From the IMG/VR virus record IMGVR_UViG_3300030107_006644, positions 141,518 to 205,517 of that record: a DNA stretch of 64,000 bases, one strand, 5' to 3'. The notes under the pieces were generated by a model, which did no database searches, was not told the origin of the DNA, and saw only the letters and a program-made list of their open reading frames with translations. Shown here in pieces: positions 33,457 to 43,500 of this stretch. The position numbers and the translations under genes were made by a program. Numbering within the stretch: position 1 is the stretch's first letter; the number at the start of each line of letters is the position of its first letter.

Positions 33457-35091
33457 ATGGCAGAATGCAGAGAATGTGGCGGTCCGATTCCGCCCAAGAA
33501 GACGAGCCGAGGGCCAAAGAAGAAGTATTGCAGTGAAAGATGCATGGATTTGTGGCACTACAAAAACGGAAAGCACAAATATGTGAAGAAGAACCCAAAT
33601 TGGGGTAGTCTAACGCCAAAGCGAGAGGCCGAAAGGAAAAAGAGGCGAGAAGAGTACGAATGGTACAGCCAAAATTGGCTAACAGCGACAGATCTTGGCG
33701 ATCACTTGGGGATTCACCCGACAGGAGTGTTCCACAGGGCCAAAAAGCTTGGAATAAGACCCAAAATTGTGTTGTGGAGCGGTAAGAAGTCGTTCTACAG
33801 CCCAGAACAGGCCAAACAGATCGAGGAGGAGTATTTAGAAACACCGATTCCAGAAGGATTTCTAAAAAAGGTAGATGCAGCAGAGTACATATCCATGGCG
33901 GAGGGTACATTTGACTGGTATGTTCTTAAAAGAGAGATAGTACCCAGCATGGAATGGCAACAGACGCATGGTCAGAGAAATAAATGCTTTCTATATAGCG
34001 TAGAATCGTTAGACGAGTTCCAAGAGGGTATGGATGCCAAGAGAGCCGAGAGAGCCGCTGTACGGGAAGCTAGGGCTGCTGAAAGAGAGGCGAGGGAGGT
34101 CGCCCGAGTAGAGGCTACTACGGGTAGGCTGACCATGCAACAGGTAGCTGCGCTTCATGGAGTCTCAGTAACCACTGTTCTTAAGTGGGTTAACCACGGT
34201 TTGGTGCCGTATGTTACGTTTAGCGGAGTTTATTACATCGATGAAGACGGTGTGCAAGAGAAGCCGTTTGTCATAAAGGAACACACACCTTCTCAAACCC
34301 TCACTGATGAGGAGCGGCGATTGAACGAAATGTTCACGGCTATAGAACGTAGCAAAAACATATCTTCTGATTATGATATGGAGAGGCAACACCAACGTGA
34401 GCGAACAGAAGAGCTTAGTAGAAGGCAGAAGGAGCGTTGGAAAGATCCGAATGTCAAGTTTAGGATCCTTGTTGCAAATGCCATTAAGGGCGATATCAAG
34501 AAAAATACGAAGGATCGGTACTTCCGCTTAGCGGTAAGAGATAGCTGGAAAGCGCTTAAAGAGAAGTGCGGGTATGACTGTGCTGCTCTTATCAAGCATA
34601 TCGAGTCGCAATTTACCGATGAAATGAATTGGGATAACCACGGAAGGGTTAAAAAGGAAGGAGAAGGCTTTACATGGCAAATAGATCACATTAAGCCTCG
34701 CTCTGCTTTTAAATATACAAGCGTCGACGACCCTAAATTCGCTGAATGTTGGAGTTTAAATAACCTTAGACCGCTCGATGCAAGGCTCAACCTGTCTAAA
34801 GGTAGTGATAGTGAAGATAAGAAACCCACTTTAAAGCCCTCAAACGACAGAAAAAAATTCTCGCAAAAAAATTCGGCGCCGTTTTTGGCTTCTCCCTACA
34901 AGGATTACCTACATCCTTCGGAAGTTGCGCACAAACTTGACGTCTGTGAAGACACTGTGCGTAGATGGATACGTCAAGGAAAAATTTCTGCCGCGAAAAT
35001 TGGCAATGCGCTTTACATTCACGAAGATAATGTCGAGCGGCCGGCCCGTCGCGCGTGGGGATCGGTCCGAAAAGTCGACTACAGGTACTGA
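33457..35091 (+). CDS. Multi-domain DNA-binding protein: N-terminal Zn finger, several excisionase/MerR-like HTHs, HNH nuclease domain
   Basis: CRECG...YCSERC; LTMQQVAALHGVSVTTVLKWVNHG; WQIDHIKPRSAF...CWSLNNLRPL...N.SKG; LHPSEVAHKLDVCEDTVRRWIRQG. Confidence 0.85.
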   Translation: MAECRECGGPIPPKKTSRGPKKKYCSERCMDLWHYKNGKHKYVKKNPNWGSLTPKREAERKKRREEYEWYSQNWLTATDLGDHLGIHPTGVFHRAKKLGIRPKIVLWSGKKSFYSPEQAKQIEEEYLETPIPEGFLKKVDAAEYISMAEGTFDWYVLKREIVPSMEWQQTHGQRNKCFLYSVESLDEFQEGMDAKRAERAAVREARAAEREAREVARVEATTGRLTMQQVAALHGVSVTTVLKWVNHGLVPYVTFSGVYYIDEDGVQEKPFVIKEHTPSQTLTDEERRLNEMFTAIERSKNISSDYDMERQHQRERTEELSRRQKERWKDPNVKFRILVANAIKGDIKKNTKDRYFRLAVRDSWKALKEKCGYDCAALIKHIESQFTDEMNWDNHGRVKKEGEGFTWQIDHIKPRSAFKYTSVDDPKFAECWSLNNLRPLDARLNLSKGSDSEDKKPTLKPSNDRKKFSQKNSAPFLASPYKDYLHPSEVAHKLDVCEDTVRRWIRQGKISAAKIGNALYIHEDNVERPARRAWGSVRKVDYRY

Positions 35092-35129
35092 AATTGCAAG
35101 GCTACTACTTAATAGAAGGGAGTGGCTTG

Positions 35130-35372
35130 ATGAACAAGGGCGATCTTGTATGGTGGTACGACTTGTATGATGATGATATCGTCAAAGACGCCGGTTCCGG
35201 AGTTGTCTTAGAGTCCAAGACATGGCGCTATGATAGTGAACCCGAGAGGGGCCCGAATTTCTCATCGAACATAATACGAACGATTCATCGTGTGTATAAG
35301 TTTAAAACATGTAATGAAGACTGGTATACTGAATCAAATTTGGAACTTCTTTCAGAAAAAACAGAAGATTAG
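35130..35372 (+). CDS. MKVGDLV-family SH3/KOW-like protein
   Basis: MNKGDLVWW...SGVVLE...RVY...NLELLS. Confidence 0.7.
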   Translation: MNKGDLVWWYDLYDDDIVKDAGSGVVLESKTWRYDSEPERGPNFSSNIIRTIHRVYKFKTCNEDWYTESNLELLSEKTED

Positions 35373-35429
35373 TATAAGTTGGCCTCTAGTTACTTATGAG
35401 GCTTACCTCACATTTTATTAGGAGTGTAA

Positions 35430-35732
35430 ATGTTGTCAAACTCAGCTTCCGGTTCAATTGACATAGAAGAGCTTCTCAAAGAGATGCTTTTAGTTCAATC
35501 GAGTGCTTCAAAAGCTACAAAAGAGCCAACACCTTATCAGGTTGTTAGTGGTTCTGGTGATGCTTGGTATTTTAGCCCCCAAGACAGAAAAATGGTTAGA
35601 GTTCAACGTGGTTCTGAAGTATTGGTTTTGTCGAAAGAGACTGATATTCCCGGAAAGGTTTATGTTACGGACAGTAGTTCAAAAATATTTCTGATGCCAG
35701 TTGAAGAAATCATTGATATCGGATACAATTAA
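35430..35732 (+). CDS. Hypothetical protein
   Basis: AGGAG SD; 100 aa. Confidence 0.7.
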   Translation: MLSNSASGSIDIEELLKEMLLVQSSASKATKEPTPYQVVSGSGDAWYFSPQDRKMVRVQRGSEVLVLSKETDIPGKVYVTDSSSKIFLMPVEEIIDIGYN

Positions 35733-35750
35733 ATTATAACAGGAGGCGGC

Positions 35751-35897
35751 ATGGGTTCGCTATTGTTCACCCCTTTCGGTGCCAAACTCGTATGGATAGC
35801 TATATGGCTATTTTTTTGGTGGCTATTTAGTGCCGAGTTCGTAGTTGTGGTGCTGTTGTCGATGATCGCATACAAAAACCTGTTCCCAGAAGATTAG
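35751..35897 (+). CDS. Small 2-TM membrane protein (48 aa, not in the ORF track)
   Basis: AGGAGG SD; hydrophobic. Confidence 0.6.
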   Translation: MGSLLFTPFGAKLVWIAIWLFFWWLFSAEFVVVVLLSMIAYKNLFPED

Positions 35898-35920
35898 ATA
35901 AACTTTTTCTATTTAACAGG

Positions 35921-35930
35921 CCTATTTATA
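35921..35930 (+). promoter_or_regulatory. CTATTTAT late-promoter-like motif
   Basis: cctatttata, ATG follows at 35934. Confidence 0.5.
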
Positions 35931-35933
35931 GAG

Positions 35934-38900
35934 ATGAGTAAATTAACAAGAAAACAGCTTGAAGAATTAATCCACAAGAAACTGATGGAAACTTCGATAG
36001 CTAGTACAAATCCCAGAAGCGCTCGTAGCGCTAGCATGCCGCCGAGAGCAAGGAATCAGGCAGATCAACGAAATCCTGCCGATGAAGAAGTGCTTAGCGA
36101 AGAAGTTGGCGAGACAGAAGAGTTCGAAGCAGAAGAAACATCTGGTGGCGATGCAATTGCTATGGCAGATCCTCCCAGCGAATCGGAGATTGAGGATTAT
36201 AGGCCGGAATTACCGGCCGAGCGACCTCCAGCAGAACCAGATTTGGAGAGATTTAGAATATCCCGTGGTGGAGGCGGTGGAGGATCTGGCGGGAGCCAGC
36301 AAGTCTTTTCGCGTAGAGCAGAGCTTACCCCGCAAGCGCGAGATTGGCAGCGTTATGATGCAGCAATCGAACGTCGAAACACAATTTTAGATACCTTCGG
36401 TCAAGCTGAAAGTCCGGAAGCGGCTGCTGAACAGTTTCTTCGCGGATTGGAAATAAGTCAAGAGGATATTCAGGGCGCATTCGGAGGGCAAGATTTTAGA
36501 TATCTCCGCACCGCGTTAGAAGATCAGACTGAAGACATCTGGGGAGGCATCAGTGATATGCGCACCGCGTTCGCTAGTCAGATAAATCAAGAAAGTAGTC
36601 CGACAGATAGGCAAGGGCGATCTCAATATATTGCAAATCCGGATATGCAAGCACTGATGGCAAAAATAGAACAGGGCAGCCCTCTTGATTCTAATGATAC
36701 CGAACTTATTACCAGCCGCATGCGGACTTTAGACGTCGGAGATACTCAAGCTTCGCCGATGGGAGCATGGGACTTCTACGAACAAGAAGGCCTTACTGTG
36801 GCCGGAGAGGACGGCCGGATCGAAATGCGGTCGCAACAAGATATGACTCCTTTGCAAAGTGCAACAAAAAATGTCATCCTAAACGCCATGGCTGGTGGAG
36901 ATTTTCAGCCTACCATTGGAATTGAATCAGTGCCAATGGCCCAGTATGGCGGCGGGCCCGGGCTGGCGGTCACTAGAGCCGTTGTACCTCCGGGTTCTGA
37001 AGAGTATGAACACTTGCAGAGAGTGCACGATCAAGTTCGAAGACAGGGGATTCACCCCACAGAAAGACAGGTTGGTACAGATTCTGAAGGCCGGCCAATT
37101 CTTTTAGCTATGGCGGATCTTAACCCTGAACACTTCGCATCCACTCGCCAGTCGAATCAAAACGCGCATACGATTGCCGCTGAGCGTGCCGGCTGGGGTG
37201 CGGAAATGGAAGACCTCCGGCAATACGCGGACGAACTCAATGATCAGATTAGATCAACAAACCGTAGAGGTCAAGCAACAGAGCCGCTTCGACAAGGCAC
37301 TTCTATTGCGGATACCGACTTTGTTCTCCCGATGGACTTTTGGCATCCAAATATGAACAGGCCGAGAACCCGCGAGGAACTCGAAGGAGTAATGACCTCG
37401 CGAATACAAAGACGAGCAACGCGGGATCGACGGCAGATCCGCAGACGAGCGAAGATCAGACGTGGGCAGGCTGCTGCAGCAGATGAGGGCGGGTGGGCAC
37501 AACAAGCTTATACGTCAATGGATCGGGCGAGGGCAGCCGCTGGGACTGAAAGCGGGGCACGCACTATGGCCTCTGTGGGTATTAAGCGCGATGATGATAA
37601 ATTTAATGAATCCCTCGACTATTCCAATTTTAAACCTTGGACGTCGCAAGGATTTGCAAATCTTGTAATGGCTGAAAGAAACCACCATAAGAATAAAATT
37701 GACAGACAAATTGCAGAAACTCAGGAACAAATTCGCACAAAACACAGAGATCGACGAGCATTAGAGAGCAAAGTGCGCAGAGTTTTAGAACAAAAACTAA
37801 AAAAAAAGCTGAATGAAGCAGTTCCATATGGACAGCAGTTTGTACCCGGTACACTACCCTACGACTATGGCGCGGGTGGAGAGGGCAATTGGGCCCAGCC
37901 GGCGAACTGGCAGCCGACAACTGTAGCCGATACTGGAGGTGGGGGTGCGCCGGCAGCCGTCACCCCACCGCCAAGGGGCAGGGCCTCGCACCCATTAAGC
38001 GATGTAATTGGCGATAACCAAGAACGCGGAAATCTATTTAGACGATGGGTGAATGCAAATTATGGAGATTCGCTAGCAGGAGTTTTTGAAACAGACCAGA
38101 GAACTGCGGGACTTACCAACCGTCGTACCGGGCAACCAGATCGCAGCCTAGGCGGGAGCGGAAACCCCTCTAACGCCCACATGCAAGCTGCTTGGGATGC
38201 CTATGGCGACCAATTTATTAGAGCCATGTCCGCTACCGACGAAGGCGCAGATGTACATCCTAATTTAAGACCGTCTGAGGGAGACGCTGGATATTTTAGC
38301 CAATTCGAAATGCCTACGCTCACTCCTCCGTCTGAAATTGAAACGCCCGAAACCGTAACACACACTTTTGGACAAGCCGATCTTGAGCAGCATCAAGCTG
38401 CGCTAGATAGCGATGATCAATTACCTCCAAGCTGGAGTCAGCAAAACCAACAGACGAGTCATAGTCCCGCTTATAGGGACAGAATGCTTAGATCCCGAGG
38501 CGGTCGGACATTTGGCCAAAAATTAGCAGACCCATGGCGTAGAGTTGGTCAACAAGTACGCGACACTGCAGGAACATATATAGATCCAGAAGATACTACG
38601 AACGCCGGCGTAGCTAGAAACGTTGCGCGCGGTATTGGCGGGGCTGCAACTCTTGGCCTTGTTGGACATCACCAGAGTACGGAAGCTAGCCCGCTTGGAG
38701 TGGTGGGCTCAACGGCAAGAGCTATTGGTAGTAATATAGGTACCGCATTGACTGAGCCTGTTAGGGCTATTGGCAATATCGGCACAAGACAGCGTATATC
38801 TGGATTTGACGCCGAGACTGGCCGGCGAACAGACACACCAGCTGGAACTCGCACAGATGTTGGCGCTGAGCTTAGTCGTATCGGTACTCACTTGAATCCT

Positions 38901-39134
38901 TTTGACGCCCAATCAGAACGTAGTCGCGCAACAGATCGTGCTGAAGCGAGCGCGGAAAGAATGGAAAGAATTGGGGGCCAAGAAGGTATAGATAGTATAA
39001 CAGATATGATCAGTCAGCGCCGAGCAGAGCGTGGTGTGCAAGAAGGCAAAACTAAAAGTAGAATAGAAACGAAAGGTCTTTTGACAGAAGAACAACGCCA
39101 CAGGTTTATAAAACTAGCATTAATTAAAAGTTGA
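35934..39134 (+). CDS. Large probable virion/internal-head protein
   Basis: 1066 aa; KLTRKQLEELIHKKLME and RALESKVRRVLEQKLKKKLNE helices; low-complexity G/Q/E/R. Confidence 0.75.
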   Translation: MSKLTRKQLEELIHKKLMETSIASTNPRSARSASMPPRARNQADQRNPADEEVLSEEVGETEEFEAEETSGGDAIAMADPPSESEIEDYRPELPAERPPAEPDLERFRISRGGGGGGSGGSQQVFSRRAELTPQARDWQRYDAAIERRNTILDTFGQAESPEAAAEQFLRGLEISQEDIQGAFGGQDFRYLRTALEDQTEDIWGGISDMRTAFASQINQESSPTDRQGRSQYIANPDMQALMAKIEQGSPLDSNDTELITSRMRTLDVGDTQASPMGAWDFYEQEGLTVAGEDGRIEMRSQQDMTPLQSATKNVILNAMAGGDFQPTIGIESVPMAQYGGGPGLAVTRAVVPPGSEEYEHLQRVHDQVRRQGIHPTERQVGTDSEGRPILLAMADLNPEHFASTRQSNQNAHTIAAERAGWGAEMEDLRQYADELNDQIRSTNRRGQATEPLRQGTSIADTDFVLPMDFWHPNMNRPRTREELEGVMTSRIQRRATRDRRQIRRRAKIRRGQAAAADEGGWAQQAYTSMDRARAAAGTESGARTMASVGIKRDDDKFNESLDYSNFKPWTSQGFANLVMAERNHHKNKIDRQIAETQEQIRTKHRDRRALESKVRRVLEQKLKKKLNEAVPYGQQFVPGTLPYDYGAGGEGNWAQPANWQPTTVADTGGGGAPAAVTPPPRGRASHPLSDVIGDNQERGNLFRRWVNANYGDSLAGVFETDQRTAGLTNRRTGQPDRSLGGSGNPSNAHMQAAWDAYGDQFIRAMSATDEGADVHPNLRPSEGDAGYFSQFEMPTLTPPSEIETPETVTHTFGQADLEQHQAALDSDDQLPPSWSQQNQQTSHSPAYRDRMLRSRGGRTFGQKLADPWRRVGQQVRDTAGTYIDPEDTTNAGVARNVARGIGGAATLGLVGHHQSTEASPLGVVGSTARAIGSNIGTALTEPVRAIGNIGTRQRISGFDAETGRRTDTPAGTRTDVGAELSRIGTHLNPFDAQSERSRATDRAEASAERMERIGGQEGIDSITDMISQRRAERGVQEGKTKSRIETKGLLTEEQRHRFIKLALIKS

Positions 39135-39159
39135 CATTCTGTCATTAACGCTATATAAT
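39131..39159 (+). promoter_or_regulatory. Consensus sigma70 promoter
   Basis: TTGACA-17-TATAAT; ATG 7 nt downstream. Confidence 0.85.
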
Positions 39160-39165
39160 ATGTAA

Positions 39166-39636
39166 ATGAGTATTTGGTTTACTGGTAGTGGTTATGAAAT
39201 CAAGTTTGACGAAATGGTCAAACAAATTGAACGCCATTTAGGCAAAAACGGCAAACTCTTTATCGGTACTGATTCTTTCTTGACCAAAAAAAGCTGTGTT
39301 TTCGCAACAGCGATATGTCTCCACGGAGCGGATGAGCAATCAGGAGGTATTTATTTTGTTCAAAAGGTTAAAACATCTAACCGACCCTTTCGGCACCTTA
39401 TGTTACGAATCTTGACTGAGGTTGAAAAGACAGTCGACACCGCGCTTAAAATATCCTCGCTATATCCTGAAGCCGATATAGAACTGCATTTGGATATAAG
39501 CGCGTCGAACACCGGTGCTGCAACTGCTAGGTTTTCCGATGCTTTAGCTGGATATGCAAAAAGCACAGGCTTCTCATGCAAACTCAAACCGTACTCATGG
39601 GCCGCAGCTTCTGTGGCCGATAAACATTCAAAATAA
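39166..39636 (+). CDS. RNase H-like YkuK/DUF458 family protein
   Basis: LFIGTDS...LTEVEKT...ELHLDI...KPYSWAAASVADKH. Confidence 0.85.
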   Translation: MSIWFTGSGYEIKFDEMVKQIERHLGKNGKLFIGTDSFLTKKSCVFATAICLHGADEQSGGIYFVQKVKTSNRPFRHLMLRILTEVEKTVDTALKISSLYPEADIELHLDISASNTGAATARFSDALAGYAKSTGFSCKLKPYSWAAASVADKHSK

Positions 39637-39644
39637 GAGGAACT

Positions 39645-40088
39645 ATGAATTTAGATGAAAAGAGGAAATTGCTGTATGCTGGATATTACGAAGCTATTAA
39701 CTGGGCCGAAAATGCTGGTTATGAAGTAATCGAGGGTCCGGAAGAACTAGATGCATGCTGGTCCGATGTAAAACACATAACAGTGTATTCTAGTCAAGGT
39801 GTTGAAAACAGGCTTTATTCTCTCCTACATGAATGCGGACATGCCCTAATCAGGAGAAACTGGAGTAAGTTTGAGTCCGAATACCCCGCTCATGCTACGG
39901 CTGAACTTGACCGACGCAAGATGAAAAGTGAAAAATATAAAGCTTCCCTGATCGAAGAAGAGGTTGAAGCATGGAAGCGAGGACGGCGTTTAGCCAAGAG
40001 GCTTGGAATATATGTCGACGATGAAAAATTTAATAAATTGAAAGCGAAATGTCTTATGAGTTATTTCACTTGGGCCGTAGAGACGTGA
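39645..40088 (+). CDS. HExxH metallopeptidase-like protein (ImmA/IrrE-like)
   Basis: LLHECGHALI...EEVEAWKRG. Confidence 0.75.
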   Translation: MNLDEKRKLLYAGYYEAINWAENAGYEVIEGPEELDACWSDVKHITVYSSQGVENRLYSLLHECGHALIRRNWSKFESEYPAHATAELDRRKMKSEKYKASLIEEEVEAWKRGRRLAKRLGIYVDDEKFNKLKAKCLMSYFTWAVET

Positions 40089-40214
40089 AAAGACACAAGC
40101 TTAAAGAAAGACTTTCTTCTGTAAGAGGAAAATTAGAGCTTTTACCTGTAGTTTTCTTGTTGTCTGCTGCTATTTATACTCACGTAATATACTACGGATA
40201 TCAGCGATCAAAAA

Positions 40215-40466
40215 ATGAAAAAAAACGAAAGTCTTGGACATAGCGCAACAAAGAAATTTGGAATTGGAGATCTTGTAACGTGGAAGGACCTATCTGGTCC
40301 TCAAAAATTGGGTATAATAAAAGAAATATACACAAAAATGCAAGGAGGGAGACCCGTGGCATATGCCCGGGTTTTTCTAGTTAAAGATGACAAAAAACAA
40401 TCCCTTTTGCACGAAGAAGACATAATTATTATAAAGCTACGGTTGGTTTCCAAGCGATCTCGATGA
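40215..40466 (+). CDS. MKVGDLV-family SH3/KOW-like protein
   Basis: FGIGDLVTW...LGIIKE...ARVFL...LRLVS. Confidence 0.7.
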   Translation: MKKNESLGHSATKKFGIGDLVTWKDLSGPQKLGIIKEIYTKMQGGRPVAYARVFLVKDDKKQSLLHEEDIIIIKLRLVSKRSR

Positions 40467-40525
40467 GAATATCGAAATTTATGCCGCTTTGCAATCACAA
40501 ATATTACTTTTTTACAACAAAGCAA

Positions 40526-40534
40526 ACTATTTAT
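40526..40534 (+). promoter_or_regulatory. CTATTTAT late-promoter-like motif
   Basis: actatttat, ATG follows at 40539. Confidence 0.5.
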
Positions 40535-40538
40535 TAAT

Positions 40539-43500
40539 ATGCGTAAGCCAAAAATTATTAACAATACAGAGGCTGATCACTCTAGCCTTATCGAATTAGC
40601 AAATCACTTTTTTCCTTTTGCTCAAAAGCAGATGGGATTTTCCGAACCCGTCACCATAGTTTTGATCTCAGACGAAGAGAACGGCGCAGACCACTTAGGA
40701 AAAACAGGATATTACAACCCTTCAGACAACAACATAGGATTGTATACTGACAGTAGGCATCCAAAAGATATTTTAAGATCTCTCGCGCATGAGTTGGTGC
40801 ACCATACTCAAAATGGCAAAGGTATGTTTAATTTAGATATCGATCTTGAGCCCGGCTATGCTCAGAATGATGAACATATGCGCGAAATGGAACGTCAAGC
40901 CTATGAGCTTGGGAACATGTGCTTCAGAGACTGGGAAGATAACAACAAAGAAGAGATTCGCAAATGGGATCTTAAGGAATCTATTCGTCAAGAACTTAGA
41001 AAAAGAATGTCTGGAACGCCGGAGATCTTAGAAGAAGGTCCTCGATGGGACAAGTTTAAAGGCGCAATGGGCTCGGCTGGCAAAGGCGTGTGGGGTGGGG
41101 TCAAGGCTGCACCGGGCGCGACTTGGAGAGGGATAAAACATTCTTGGACGGGAGATCCGGTAGCCATGAGTGCAAAACCTGCTCGGGGGCCCAAGGGAGA
41201 GTATATTCCGCGCGGCGGCCCGGGCAAGGAAAAAAAGCAATTTTTCACCGAAGAAGAACAGACCACGAGCGAATTTCCCTCCCCATTTCAGCAAAAAATC
41301 ACTGAAAAGTCTGATGCAGAAGCATGGGCTAAGTGGATTATGGATTTTCAAGAACCAGCTTTAATCAAAAAAGCATTTTATACAGTGATATACGATGAAA
41401 TTCTCGGTAACGATGGGGAACCGGTCAAATTTAAGATGAATAAGAAGCTCGAAATTGCCCAGCATTACACGGCAATGTTTTATGGACCGGATGGGCCCGG
41501 GCACGAAGAGGCACCACCTGCTGAAAGCCCAGTAGAAACTGCAGCAGATACTGCCGATGCCGATGCGGAAGAATCACCAGCAACAGCAGAGGTCGAGGAT
41601 GACTCCAGTATCTATGATGTGTCTAGAGTCATGACGCCCGGTACCGACTATGAAGATCCCATCGAGACAGGATATGGAACTTCCGTAGATGATCCAACTG
41701 CTGGAGGACTTGGTGGAGAGTGGAGAGAGCATAAGGAAATGAACAGTATGAACAAAAAACTCAGTATACGAGAAGAACTAAGACTTCGAAGTCTTATCGC
41801 CGAAGCAACACAGAGAGTAATGCAAAAACAAAGACTGCTGAGGGAGAATTCTCAAGAAGAGTTTGGCACATCTGATGTGACTGTCGACGAGCCCTCTGCA
41901 CACGGAGGTCTTGAAGATCGCGGAGAATGGACAAACCCTGTTACTGATGTTACACATGAAAACACAAGAGATGATGCTGCGGCCGATCTTCAGTTCGACA
42001 CATCGACTGCTTTTGGTACATCGTATACCCAAGGCGCCGGCGGTGCACCAGTAGGAAGCTGGCTAACCAATCCAGCAATGAGACATCCAACGGCATCTTG
42101 GACAGGGAGGCAAGAAAAGATCGCGCGGACCTTAGCCGGCGAGACTGTGACCAATCGCGACGGCAGCGTCTTTGAAATTGGCCGTGGAGATCAGAGGTTC
42201 GTTGATCGTCTGCAAAGCGGCGATTTGATGGGTACCGATTTGGGCATGGTTAGACGTGGAGAACGTATTAATCCAAATGCTTGGCGCGAAGCCTTATTGG
42301 AGGCTGGAGACGTGGGTCGTGCACTTTATGAGCAGCACGATGCCGAAGGCTGGATTAACGAAGGTGAAATTAAAGATTTTTGGCAACCAGCTTACGAAAG
42401 AGAATGGCTGTCGCAATATCGTGCGAACAACGATTATCATCGTGAAAGATTTGCTAGGCAAGAGGGGTTTCAAAGCTGGAACTCCCTGCAGGCTGCTGGT
42501 GGAGCCGACCTGTTTACAGTTACGGCTGAAGATATTGATGCTGAAATGCCTACTCGATTGGAATGGGCACAGCACCACTTAGGGCTTGGAGATATTAAAT
42601 CTGCCTCTGGTGCCGGCGGACTTGCAGGCGATCCTCGATTTGATATGAGGGTTAACCCCAATCTCACACAGCAACAGGCAGAGCGCAATATGCGTATGTG
42701 GGGATATGAGCCGGAATACGTAGATCTTCCCGATGGTAGAAGGATTCCCATGGCTCTGACGAGAGAACAGGCCGACGAACAAATTGCAGAAAACGAGTGG
42801 GGAGTCACCACGTTCTTGCGGCGAAATGTTGCAGATCCAATTGTTCAGGATATCGCTCAACAAGGCCAATTTGCTCACGATGCAATATTGCGCCCGATGT
42901 TTGGCAACGTGCAAAGCGGAGAATTTATACCCCTCTGGGCTGGCTGGGGCCTTGGTGATGATCCTATAAACCAATGGGGCCGGGATGACGTATATGGAAG
43001 CGGCCGTCAGTTCGGCGCATCGATGCCGGGAACATATAGAGATCCTCGAATGCAATCAGTTTATGCAGAATACTATGGTCCAGAAGACGCTCCTAGCGAA
43101 GATATGATTGGAAAAATGAAGCCTATGGATGAATGGAATATTCCCAACAGGGGCGCGGTGATTATGAATTCTCTTAACATGCCCGAATCATGGAAGTATG
43201 CCGCGATGTATTATGGTGGCGGTGCTGCGATGAGAGGTCTTGGGGCTTTGCGCGGCATGCCAGCAGCTGCCGGCGGAGCCGGTGCATCTGGTGGAGGCGC
43301 GGCTGGAGGTTGGCTTGGTGGCTCCGTTCCAAAATGGCTTGGGCAAATTCCCGGGCGAACACCGGGGCTATGGCGAGCACCGGGCGCCGGAGCGGTTGAG
43401 TCAGGCCTTGTTAACCTAGGTTCTCGTTTGGGACCGTGGGGAACAAGGTGGGGAACAACGCTCGGCCGATGGGGAGGATACGGCGCCGGTGCCGGTGCGG

